Shown one piece after another: positions 14,155 through 25,926 of a stretch of 64,000 bases of DNA. Origin of the DNA: Lytechinus pictus (lineage: Eukaryota). The notes under the pieces were generated by a model. That model worked only from the letters and a program-made list of their open reading frames with translations. It did not search any database and had not been told where the DNA came from. The DNA lies in contig NC_087245.1 in NCBI RefSeq assembly GCF_037042905.1, forward strand, positions 31,684,001 to 31,748,000. The letters run 5' to 3'. The first letter of the stretch is position 1, and every line of letters begins with the position of its first letter. The translations under genes and the position numbers were made by a program.

Positions 14155-14850
14155 CAGTAGTGTTAGAGGCCGTTCTCATTACGCTTTCTACAACTAGTTT
14201 ACTGGAAACCGATTCAGGAAACCACTTTGGAAGATCGCTTTGCTAGCGTTCCCACTTGATCACACGAAAGTGGATTTCAAAATCACTTCACATAAAGCGC
14301 TCTAGTTGCTATGGAAACGCTCTCAGTGGGGTGACACGTTTCGCGCGAAATTCGAAACCGCAGCATAGGCATTCTACACCTGTCGTGTGGAGTAGCGCGT
14401 TCAAAATGTGCGAAGATCGCTTCCCGAAGAACGGTTGTGTCCTCACTTACGCTAAAACCAGTTTAACGAAGCAAAGCGATCTTGAAAACTACATCGCGAG
14501 GTGGTTTTCCAAACTGGTTTGGAAGATCGCTTCCAAGACCGCTTCGACCGTTCTCACTATGCGTTAAACTAGTTTCCACTAAACTAGTTTCCACTAAACT
14601 AGTTTTAGGAACGTAGTGAGAACAGCCTCTTAGTTACTGGTCCCTACCAGAAAATGCACTCTTTTCTGCTGACGGTTGAATGTAGACAACAGCACTACAA
14701 TGTTTGACGAGCCCAGACAATCAAACTATGTTGAATGTAATATTTTATCACCAGAATTTTCAATTAAATGTCTAAAAAATGGTAGAACATGAAGTTATGA
14801 ACACTCTGTGTTCATTTTCTGGTGGGATCCCTATCTATTTAGCACCACTG
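14155..14850. mobile_element. Tc1/mariner-like MITE interrupted by a Harbinger-like MITE
   Basis: TA|cagtagtg ... caccactg|TA. A related copy lies at ~12020-12255. Confidence 0.55.
14166..14629 (+). mobile_element. PIF/Harbinger-like MITE family C
   Basis: TTA TSD and TIR gaggccgttctca ... tgagaacagcctc. Other copies at 24464-25068 and 53395-53800. Confidence 0.85.
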
Positions 14851-16290
14851 TACAAGTAAGCAAATACCCACATGTGATACCAGTGAAAATTTGTTTCTTA
14901 CCTTAGGGATTTCCCGAATTGCAGAATGAAAAGTCCTGCAAACTTTGTTGTAATTCTGCTTTGTTTAAACTACTTCATTATGGATTTTGATCTTATTTTC
15001 CTTTTCATGAATGTCCTTCAATTTCCACTTGAGGAAGATTAGCGTTGGCAGGAGTATTATTTTACTGTATGTTGTATGAGGAGAGAGAAATAGAGAAAGC
15101 GGGAGGGAGGTAGAAAGAGAGAGAAAAAGAAACTTACAGACCGCAGGTACAGCAAGTGTTGACATTGAAAAGTCATGCATTTGCATAATGTAGAAAGGAA
15201 AAAAAATCTCTTAAAATATGTTTTTATTGACATTAGGCCTACTTTGTCAATTATTGTATTCCTTGTCTGAAAAGGGCGTGAAACTATTGTTTGCATGAGG
15301 GCAGAATGTAATGCTCTGACAATAGAGATTTTTACCACCACACTTTGGCAATGGAAGTGGGAGTAATGAAGCAAAGTCACCAATCAAGTGTTATTTTCTT
15401 ACTGTGATTTTTTAATAAAAGCTGGATTTATAAAGCGCTTTTTCCCTGAGGATACAAAGCGCTGCTACATGTACATGTATTATTATTATTTTTGTTGGTA
15501 TATAGTAGAGAATGTTAAGCAATATACTCACAGAACAATGATTTGATTGGCATTTTGTGATCAATCATAACAATTTGTGTTCAATCACAAAACTACTCAC
15601 ATTAGATATAGAATTTTCTCATTAACTTCAGCACTAGGTGTAGTACCCTCCTGAGGTGAAAAAAAACCTTGGTTTTTGGATAACCCAACTAACCTTAATA
15701 AAACAGGTGCGACTCAGTTTTGCAAGAGCAAGGCATTCTGATGACTCCCTTACCTGCAAACAGTTTTATTTTCAATTAAAATATCAAGAACACATTCAAA
15801 CAAACAATAATTAGGCCTACATGTTACTGTAGATGCATTTAAAGACAGACCTTCGAAGAAGCAAACTTCCAACATAATTCAGCTAAGCTTTAGAACTGTG
15901 CAGTGTGATAGGTACTGTTACTCATCGGGCAGGGCAGCACTTATATTGTTTTTTTTTTCACACCGGCAAAAATAACTGCTATTTTCATAACCGGGTAGAC
16001 CAGGGTAAATTTTCCGATCAGAGAGTACATGTACCTTCTGTAGCATTTTTTAACTTAAAGTTGGTCTGGAAGCAGCTACTGCTGGTATTACCTGTAAGGT
16101 CATATTTTGGTGAGTATTGAGAATAATACATTCATTGTATTCCTCAGTTTACTTGAGGACAGAATATGGCTTTTGGTCTGAGCAGGATATCCATAAACTA
16201 CATCTTCCTTCAGGTCATAAAGTATACCCTGATCAACTTTTGATCTCCAGGAAATTGAACTTGGTTTATCACCTGGAAGGAACTATGTAC

Positions 16291-18985
16291 TAGGGCTGTT
16301 ATCGTTGAGAAAATTCTCTGTCAATATCATGCTAAAAATATCTTACCGATATCGATAAACTATCGACAAAAGAACATAATCAATATGCATTTTTTATGCA
16401 TTATAGCGATGTCACATACTCGCGTTGGTCAAAATTTGTATCTGCCACTGTACCAAGAACGCTTTAAAATCTGCGTTCATCGGATGTAAATGACTACATG
16501 TATATATCTTTTAACAAACATATTGAGCATAAATACATCCTCCCCTTTCACGTTATTAGCATTATGTTAGGCAAGGCTCCACATTAACTTTTTTTGGTGG
16601 TGGCCCGTTCGGGCCACCAAAACCATCAAATAATTTTTTTTGGTGGCCCAATATTAAAGTTTGGTGGCCCGAAAAATATAAAGAAAAACATTAAAAATGA
16701 ATAAAACAAACTTCTGAAATATTAATTCTGCAGCCACTACCACTAAGTTACTTTCACTTTATACATCTTGTATGTAAACCTTGTTTGCTGTTATTTTACT
16801 TTGCTAATTGTTTCTATCGTTGTAAAAATGAAATGATTGAAAGTGATTAAATGAATTGTATTGTTCGCAGGTTGTGTGGACTTTTTTTTTAATCTCTGTA
16901 TAGAGATAATGGTAAAGTAAATAAATAGTGCATAGCAAACTCAGATAGATGTACAAAACAATGGTTTTTCCTTCCTTCCTCTTTGAATCCTAAAACCTAG
17001 ATTATGCATGCCCCAAATCCAGTTTATTTCTGTTTTCTCTTTTGCAGCATATTTATTATAGAAGGAGACAATCACAGAAAAATATGCTGCAAAATTAGAA
17101 CAATGCATCAAAGGGGGAAACAAACGAAAATAATTTTCAAAAAGTATATAACAAAAAGAAAACAAAAATAATAAAAGAAATTAGTGAAATAAAACAAAAG
17201 AAATAAAATGAAGAAAGAAAAAAACAAAGAACAGGGAAAAAAAGAAAAGAAAAAAATTAGAGAGAAAAAAGAAAAGAAAATGAAAGAAAAATTAATGAAA
17301 CAAAGTTAATATAAAAATGGGGAAAAGGGGAAAATTAAGAAGCCATTACATATATTTCTTAACAGCTGTGGCAACAGTCTATTCTGACTGGAATATAATT
17401 AAAAGCCAAGCAAATAATTTTCACTTACCTTTTGGGAATGGCACATTTCTATTTTTATATCCTTTAGTTTGTATTATTTTATTTTCAGTAGAAACATATT
17501 TTTTAATCAGGCATATTCAATGGGAAGGGGTATAAATGGTTTAACCACTGTAAAAAAAAATGGAAAAAAAAAAAAAGAAAACGGCAAAAACTATATCTGG
17601 AAAAAAAGTGTGAGAAAAGTCCTTCCCTATATTTGCCAAAATGTTGGAAAAAAAAATCACATTTCATATCAATGAAATGCCTTCCCAAAGTATTTACTTT
17701 CTCAAGAGTGGTTTAAGAAGTCATTTATAAACAAGAAAGAAATAAACTGTTTGTTTAAGGCTAGAAAATACACAGCTTCGAAAGAAACCAAGTATCAACA
17801 TACATACAAATGCACACGTGGGACTGTGATGTACTTGCCTATGTGTTTTTATGTGTATTAATTCATGTGGAAATCGGTCTTTTTGAGTCAAAAGAGAGGT
17901 CATAATTCCTCTTCTTAATACTTGCAAATAATCAGGGAACACCAGATTTTCGTAATATAGACTGTAGCATTGCATTTCATTGGTGTAAAAGGTGACTTTG
18001 ACTTAGATTTTCAAAGTTCTGTGGAAGATTTCTCAGCAGCAACATTTTTTATCGCAGCTCCCTGAGTCCGAATAGGCTGAGCTAGATCTAGAGCACAGCT
18101 GCAGTGGCTTCATGCAAAGCTCACGCCAGCCGGCCGGCGCGGCTGGCTGGATAATAGCTACTGTATGCTATAGCTGTAGGCCTAATATGCAAACTTTGTG
18201 TGTGTGTATTTGTGTGTAGATCAACAAAAAGGGCGCATGACGAACTGGCTTGCAATTTGAGCTGTAGAAAGTTGATAATTGCGTGCAAAATTGGGAGAAA
18301 AATTGCGCTACTTTGAAAATTATTGGTTGCCCGATTCGGGCCACCAAAACTTAACATTTTATCAATAATGGTTGCCCGAGGTGAATTTTTGGTGGCCCCG
18401 GGCCACCGGGCCACCGCTAATGTCGAGCCTTGTGTTAGGGTTGAATGAAGTTATATCGATAATTTTGGGGCTTTTTGGACATCGTTCTGAGCAGTCAACG
18501 TCTTTCGCCCATCCGCCATTTTGATATCATGCTGTACATCTTCGAACGTAGAGGGCAGCAACACATGGCTGTGTGCTAGCTGCCTTCTACGTTAGTTTTA
18601 CGTACTTTGCTAAGATTGAGCTTGTGCTTGTGATGTTTTCGATTCAATCAAATGGAGTGGAGTGCAGTCACGATGTTTGGACTGTCACAATCTCACCCCC
18701 ACTTTGCTGTGGGGGTGAGATCATGTTTTGTGGCTAGTATTTTGTTGAGATTTTGGAATAATTTCTGTTGCTGTTCTGTGCAGTTTGAGGAAAAATATGT
18801 TTCCGTGATTTTCCAATTGAAAAGCCACTTTCAAAGGGCTGTATCCGTGAATTATGTGAAATCGCGGAAAATCACTGTGTCCCTACATAGTAGCGGGTAT
18901 TATCAACAAAGGATATCGCTAAGTGGCAAAAAACAAGCGATTATCGACAGGACTAGCGATAAAGATGTTAAAGATAACAGCCCTA
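16291..18985. mobile_element. hAT-like non-autonomous element hosting a nested insertion
   Basis: TIR tagggctgttatc ... gataacagcccta with a perfect 8-bp TSD ctatgtac (16283-16290, 18986-18993). Confidence 0.88.
16572..18432. mobile_element. Nested 1.86-kb non-autonomous TIR element (hAT- or P-like)
   Basis: TIR caaggctccacatta ... taatgtcgagccttg, flanking duplication tgttagg, and subterminal ggtggccc repeats at both ends. Confidence 0.8.
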
Positions 18986-19682
18986 CTATGTACATGAAGC
19001 AATTCATTAGTAACCAACTACTCATGCCAGTATGATATAGGCCTACAGTGTAATATCCCATTGTCTGATACAGGCAAAGACAGGCACAGGGGGAGGGGGG
19101 GGGAGTTGGTGGTGGAGAGGGGACAATATCGGCTTTAATAGTACATTTTTATTGCATTGTGATATTACAAAATGATTGGGTCGGTACTATATCAGCTTTT
19201 TTAGTTTTGGACTTTGACTTTCGGGATGATTCCCTTTATACTGCTCGCCCTAAATTTCTCTGCTAAAAATACGGCAGCATTTGGTAATTCCAAGCATCTG
19301 ATGATTTTAGCAGGCCCTCCCGTCTATTAAATGTAACTCATAGAAAACATGTTGTCTACTGATAAGGACCCTGTGTTTAAAAACATCTAGGTCTATATCT
19401 ATGCATATATGTACAAAGGATCACTTATGTTGATAACACATTATCTTTTGTTTGATGTTTTTCAATAGGCCTGACATGTTCATGTATGCAAAGGCTTGAT
19501 CAGTATTAGTATAGAGCCTCCTTTGTGCATACATGTATTATCAAGAACCAATTTCCTGTTTCTGCTAAAAGAGGCTTATATTCTTGTATTGTTGATGATT
19601 CAAAGTTTTATTAAACACCAACTGAGATGATTGTCTTGACATCTGTACCACTGAGAGAATAATAACATTTGTTTATTATTAA

Positions 19683-19815
19683 CATGGTGCAGTGGTCGGA
19701 CTCTTGCTTTCAATCAGAGGGTCATGGGTTCAAATCTTACTGAAGGCATACTTCTATTCAACAAGAAAATTATCATGTGCTGCACTCAACCCAGTTGAGG
19801 TAAACGGGTAAACAG
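19683..19815 (+). mobile_element. Degenerate tRNA-derived SINE
   Basis: A-box/B-box head (tggtgcagtgg...gggttcaaatc) and a tgcactcaacccag core shared with 31103-31391. Confidence 0.65.
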
Positions 19816-19956
19816 TTGGATTTATTCCATGAATAACACCTTTGCTAGAAAAAAAAGTATAGGAATATTGATTTTTATTTTCAAAGTTTGCTGGTCATAT
19901 CCCAATTTTACCATTGTCTTTAAAATTTGTTTTCAATTTCACTCTCTCCCATCCAG

Positions 19957-20164
19957 GTTACATTGTATCCTGTTCTCTCATCAGTAATCATCAGCATCAC
20001 AATTTGGAGAATTTCAGTAATGATGCGATGGAATTATATGGCTACTGACTGTCACTGACCATGAAATCTCGAGTGTATCGTCTATTAAGTCACATCACTT
20101 CAGGCACGCCAGCTCCTGGGGTTGTCACATCAAGATAAAAGTCGACCACTCACATTATATTACT
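19957..20164 (+). other. Probable 5'UTR exon of the ARHGAP18/28/40-family gene
   Basis: Pyrimidine-rich acceptor (ttcactctctcccatccag) and a consensus GTAAGT donor at 20165. The sequence is non-repetitive. Splicing to 21808 creates an in-frame TAA just before the ATG at 21813, so the exon would be non-coding. Confidence 0.55.
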
Positions 20165-20892
20165 GTAAGTAGAATTGAAGATGAAATTGAGAGTTGGTGA
20201 TTGGTGGAGGTCATTGATATTGTTTTTGAATGGGCAAAAATTGAAGAGAATAGTGTAACAACCCAACTGACACCATTTTGGAAACCTAAATCCCTAAACC
20301 TAAATTTGGCTAATATTTTCCCTGAAGTGAAGTCGTGGAACCATGTTTGACCCTTGTTATAAAGTTATTCGATAAGATGGATTTTAAAGGGAATTGTCCA
20401 AAGGGCAAGTCCAAAAAATATGTACGTCCAACCCCATGTATGTTAGACCTTCATGAAATTTTCTGTCTCTGATTTCTGGTTCTTATGACAGTCTGTAATG
20501 CTCTCAAATGATTGTGAATAGGTCAGTTTATGAAGTGAAGTAAAACTTGAGAAAATGAGGGTCGAATGTAAAAAAAGGTTGACTATTTTACGGAATTGCC
20601 TAAAGTTGATTTGGGATATACATGTAGCCTACTGTATATACAATACAATACAATACCATGATGCTTTGGTCACATCAATTAAAATGAACAGTACAAAATG
20701 ATTGCACTCCCCCAAAAAGTTTTCATGATATTGGATAACCTCTTCTTTGTTTCCATAGGAACATTGTGTACATTTTCTACATGGAAAATTGTGATGGATT
20801 TCCATAGATGAGCATGAGGGTGATTCAGTCAATCACAGCTCTAATACCTCAGTCACATTTACTCTACAGCGGCCCTACGGCGAGTTGAAAAC

Positions 20893-21505
20893 GGTTCCAT
20901 GACTATTGCTCTGGCGAAAACTGCTCCGATAGAAAATCTGCATGTTAAAGCTAAATTACAGTAGTTGCAGTAAAACACTAATTTCGTGAGAAAGTCTGTA
21001 AAACCAAGGTTAAGTATGACTATATCATCGTGGATCTAGATCTGGTACAGTTACATAAACTGAACTTTGTGAAATCATAAAATCTAAGCTGAAATACGAT
21101 CACACTGAAGATCGCCAACACAGATATGCACACGTGGGACAGTGTATTATTATTGCTGGAATAAAGACCCAACGGAAGTGACCGAATCCGCGCTTATTTT
21201 GCTTATTTCTCAGCAATTACACAATTTCTTCCAGAATCCTTTGGCACATATTTTTTATTCATACAAAAAGACACTTGGGTGGTCATTATATTAGATTCTG
21301 TAAAAAGTCATTTTGAGATCGTTACCAAAACTGGAATTTACCTTTAAGCCAAACATAAAATCTTATCTCCAAAACTAAACAAACCCTAATAGCTATCTTC
21401 ACATTATTCTGCCCCAAAAACTCTATCACAATCTTAACTCTAACCCTATGCCCCCTGAAATATTGAGACCGGAGCAAATGTCGCCGGAGCAAATGTTGTG
21501 TCACC
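20893..21505. mobile_element. TIR element with ~9-bp TSD (Merlin- or Mutator-like)
   Basis: GG...CC termini, repeated ttgctcc/ggagcaa subterminal motifs, and flanks gttgaaaac / attgaaaac. Confidence 0.65.
20949..21343 (+). mobile_element. Kolobok-like MITE family A, copy 3
   Basis: TTAA flanks at 20945-20948 and 21344-21347. Confidence 0.85.
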
Positions 21506-21812
21506 ATTGAAAACTGTCGTTTCAAATTTTGTGTACCAGCTATGTATAGGTGATTTGAATAAAAATGAATAAAACAGCAGTTTTCAACTCGCCGTAGAGC
21601 AAATTTGACTGAGGTATTAGTAAGAGAGGGGGGCCCCAGGTAATAAATTACGTTTGGCATAATGTGGTCTGAAAAATTCCTTTGACTTTATACAGATTAT
21701 TTTACTTATATGGAAATTCAACTGATCCAGGCTTGATTGCACATTTTAGTCAGTCATGTTGATCGATCATAATTAAGAACTTAATTGATATCATCTGATC
21801 TTGACAGAATTC

Positions 21813-21990
21813 ATGATGGACTCTCCTGAGCACAGTGAGCCAGGGAGCGGGGAGCTAAGCACATACTTCTCAGAGTTGGAAGAAATCAAACGATCCTCGA
21901 CCATCATCACTACAGATGTCGCCAATGGTGACTCCTCCAGTTTGGAACGATCATTTGAACGTCTAGAGAGTAGGGTGTCATGTACCTCAG
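21813..21990 (+). CDS. ARHGAP18: Rho GTPase-activating protein 18/28/40 (conundrum) family, first coding exon
   Basis: Acceptor ttgacag (exon starts 21808) and donor gtaggt at 21991, phase 1. Encodes MMDSPEHSEPGSGELSTYFSELEEIKRSS...; YFSELEEIK matches the recalled ARHGAP18 motif YWIELENIKK. Confidence 0.8.
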
Positions 21991-23822
21991 GTAGGTTTAT
22001 ATTTCCACAATTTTTTTAAATCATGGTTTCTCTAAATCCATTTTCAAGGGGTAATGAGAATCATGCTCTATAAGCCCATCCCCACCAGCCTGTGTAAAAA
22101 AAAACCTCAGAGTTTCATTTCAAAATCATATGAAATTTACTCTGTGTTTGTGAATTATTTGGAAAGCCATCTCATCTGGAATGTCAAGTTTTTCATCATG
22201 ACGAATAAACTTCCAGAGTATCCTTTCTATAAAAAAAATTGAATTGTACTAGTATTAATACATGAAGAGAAACTGTTTTTGTTATAACACTGGTTTAGCT
22301 GGTCTATATAGTTTTTGGACAATAGAGTCCTGTTGTTTATCTCATCCTCATTTTAGTTAATAAAAAAAGGATGCTTTTAACACTTTCAACAATTAGGAAT
22401 GGAATTCTCACTTCATTAAATCAGATTACCACACTGAAGTGCTAACTGGGAACTCTTCACACCTTTTAAATAAGAGAGAGGAATAAGATTATAGTTCATA
22501 GCCATCAACGCCTTCAACAATAGAATTTAACACTTATTAGGGTATAGGCATAATCAACATTCTACACTTGATAATGGTGTCCATTGAAAACACAAGACGA
22601 ATGACACTACAGTTGGTGATATTCAACATTTGTAATGTTAGGTTTTACGTTTTAACACCTTTATCAGTGTGTTGATAAATGAGGGTGTCTGATACTTTCA
22701 TATAATGTTCTTATTGATACTTGTCTCGAATGCTTATAACAGAAGAGACTGAAACTTGTTTGGGGTAATTCCTTTTCCTGATATTTTTAATTAGATAAAA
22801 AGAACAAAAGGGACAGATTCCTCAGGAACAATACTCGCATATCATCAGAATATACTAGCATATGATCAGAACAGTAACAACAACAACAACTACAAAGTGA
22901 AAGTGAAATAAGAACATACTTGTACAGATAAACATATTTTTCAAGTGGAAAAGGGTGATTGATCTGATTTTTTTTCATACAGTACCAAAATAGGAAACAC
23001 TGTTGTACAAATTTTCCACATTTTGCGTGTCTGTCTTATTTTATTTAATATTCATCATCTTTAAGGCCCACAGTGTCCCAAGTTTGCCTTAGAAAAATAC
23101 CTACATTGACATTTCAACATATATTTCTTGAATTGTGAGAAATCAGTGTGGTTTCCATCCATTCACTGTAGTTCTGGTGACATATATGTTTCCATGACAA
23201 CCACTATCAATAGTAATTCTCTAAAGGTTTAGAGTGGTCTTCATCTGGCTGTATTGCAGGTAAACATGGTATTTATAGGTGCATTCACCGTTATATCACC
23301 ATAGGGAAGAGTGTTCGATTGTATCCTTCTATCAGTGAAATGGTCACAATAAAAGAGTTTGTGTGGGTTAAACTTGTTGGGGATGATGATACTGGTGATG
23401 ATGATAGTGATAAAGATGAAGGTGTGTGCTGTGCACTCATAATTTGATGTCGCGTGTATGCAAATCCTCCATAATTCTATTTTCCAAAAGTTTGCAGCTC
23501 TGGTAACCATTTTGTACATCCAAAATAAGTTAATCAACCGGTATGTACGATAAACTTGTAATTTAAGATATTTGACTGTGTAAAGCGACTTCCATTCATG
23601 CTCGAGGAAAGAAGAGAGAGAGAATATTGGAGTTGAAAGCCGTTATTTACACACAATGATTTCTCCTAGCAAAGCTTTCTGATGCTATAAATGGCAATTT
23701 CCATCTCTCTTTCATGCAACATTCTAGCAGTCACTTGTATTTATATCCCCCCATCTCATGCAACCACCCATAGTGCCATTCTGAGAGAGAATTATTTCTG
23801 CTACTCCCAAGTTGCATCTGAG

Positions 23823-23836
23823 GTTGCCATGGTAAC
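23823..23836. promoter_or_regulatory. Candidate RFX X-box
   Basis: GTTGCCATGGTAAC is a near-perfect palindromic X-box in non-repetitive intron sequence. Confidence 0.4.
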
Positions 23837-24463
23837 GGTATTAGGGAAAAATAGACATTGTCATTGAATATTCGACATTGTGCATGTCTTGGCTCTGCAT
23901 CTCGAAGGCCAACTGGGTGTGCCAACTCTATGATTGCAAAAAAAAACAAACATTGAAATAGAATTTAATTTCAAAGGATATGGTGAAGCAAACCATTAGT
24001 AGGCACAGGTAGATGTAGAGTATACATGCATATGTAAGAAAGTAAAAAGGTTTTAGTTTTTTAAGTTGAGTTCTCTCCTAGGGATTAGAACCTATTTAAA
24101 GGCTGTAGATTTATCTTTGGGGTTACCTACAACCTGGTCATATGAAGCAAAATTAACAGCAACAGAAACAAGCTGTTATGAATAAAAAGAGAGAAAAAAA
24201 TCGAAAGAGCAGTAATGATTTCATCAAAATCAATGCTAAATTGGAAAGGTATGACACCTTCAAGGATTAGTTTCACAAACCAGTCGTATGTTAGTGACAG
24301 TGTCCTCATTTAAATCATGAGGTCAAAGTTCATAGAGGTCATTATTTGAAAATGTTAGAAGTTACATGTACATGTTGATGTGTAATATAGCTTTGATTTG
24401 GCAATTCTGAGGAATTTGTACTACAGTATATGCAGTCGATAATCCATCTTCTGGGGTAACAAT

Positions 24464-25068
24464 GACACCGTTCTCACTACCAACCTAAAACTTGTTTACT
24501 GGAAACTAGTTTAGTGGAAACTAGTTTAACGTGTAATGAGAACGGTGGAAGCGGTCTTGGAAGCGATCTTCAAAACTGGTTCAGAAAACCACCTCTTGAT
24601 GTAGTTTTGAAGATCACATTGCCTCGTTAAACTGATTTTAGTGTAAGTGAGGACACAAATGTTCTTCGGGAAGCGATCTTCGCACAGTTTGAGCACGCTA
24701 CTCCACACACTGTATATGGACTTCATACGCTGCAGTTTCAAATTTCACGGGAAAGATGTCATGTCACCTCACTGAGAGTGTTCCCATAGCAACAGCCAAC
24801 AAGACCGCTCGACGTGAAGTGATTTTGAAGGCCACTTTTGGGTGATCAAATGGGAACGCTAGCATAGCAATCTTCCAGACTGGTTTCCTGAACCGGTTTC
24901 TAGTAAACCAGAAAGTGGCCTTCAAAATCACTTCACGCATAGCGATCCTGTTGCAATAGAAACACTCTCAGTTGGGTGACACGTTTCACGCAAAATTCGA
25001 AACCGCATTGTAGGCATTGTACACCTGTCGTGTGGGGTTGCGTGCTCAAAATGTGTGAAGATCGCTTC
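24464..25068. mobile_element. Family C MITE (reverse) fused to an oppositely oriented fragment
   Basis: 24464-24910 is the reverse complement of 14166-14629. 24911-25068 matches its interior in forward orientation. Confidence 0.75.
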
Positions 25069-25073
25069 ACTAA

Positions 25074-25920
25074 TACCCCTTTCAGACTGGCCTCTTCATT
25101 TTTCCCGGCGAACTTCGCCGGCGAACTTCTCCGGCACGCATTCCTTACTTCCCCGGCGAAGAAAAAAATGTACCCTTTCGCACTGACATATCTTCCCTGG
25201 CGAAAGTCAACGGGTGATTTGCTCGGGCGGAAGTAAGTGCAAACCCGGTGTCAATGAAAGCACACATTTTTTTTAAATTTGAATTTTAATCATACTCTTT
25301 CCTTATTAATTGCAGATACCTAATTAATTTTAAACAGTGAAGTTTTGGAGATGACGGCTGGTAAACACTTCTCAGCAGCAGCTGCTGATCAGCTTACTCA
25401 GCATGTCCATGCAGAATTAGAAAGAACGAAAAGAAAATTGTAAACATTGCTTCTTACCGATTACCAAAAGGTTTAAAAAATTACAATATATTCTAGAAAT
25501 ATTAGAAGCAAAACAAAGGAAGAATCAAAGTATTTTGATATTTTAAGCGCATTTTTAGCATGTAAACTAACACTTTTATAATAAATATCGTTAGTGAAAA
25601 AAAAACTGTATCTTCGAGGGTATTTAACTCTATGGAATGATCGAATTGCTCATAAAGCGTGGCCTTCTACATGTAGCCACGGAAATAATAGCTAGCTAGT
25701 GCGCGGAATCTCAGTTCAGGGGATTTTGGGGAGGGAAAAAATGACATCTGACATCATTAAGGAGAAGTTCTCCGGTTTGCTCTCATACTGGCTGTTTCAC
25801 CAGCGAACTTCGCCGGGGAAACAGTTTCACCGGCAAAGTTCTCTGGTGTACATGTACCTTTCATACTGGACACTTTCCCCTTCGCTGGCGAACGGGGAAA
25901 AGTGCAATATGACAGGGGTA
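25074..25920. mobile_element. Harbinger-like MITE
   Basis: TAA TSD, TIR tacccctttcagactg ... caatatgacaggggta, and repeated ggcgaacttcgcc palindromes near both ends. Confidence 0.75.
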
Positions 25921-25926
25921 TAAGGT

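Larger units (their letters stand above)
20845..21616. mobile_element. Harbinger-like MITE hosting two nested insertions
   Basis: TIR tacctcagtcacattt ... aaatttgactgaggta. An uninterrupted copy at 45674-45837 has a TAA TSD. Confidence 0.8.

Noticed and set aside
18652..19035. 127-aa ORF as a transposase or gene
   Set aside because: It runs across the hAT TIR into flanking DNA and has no recognisable motifs.
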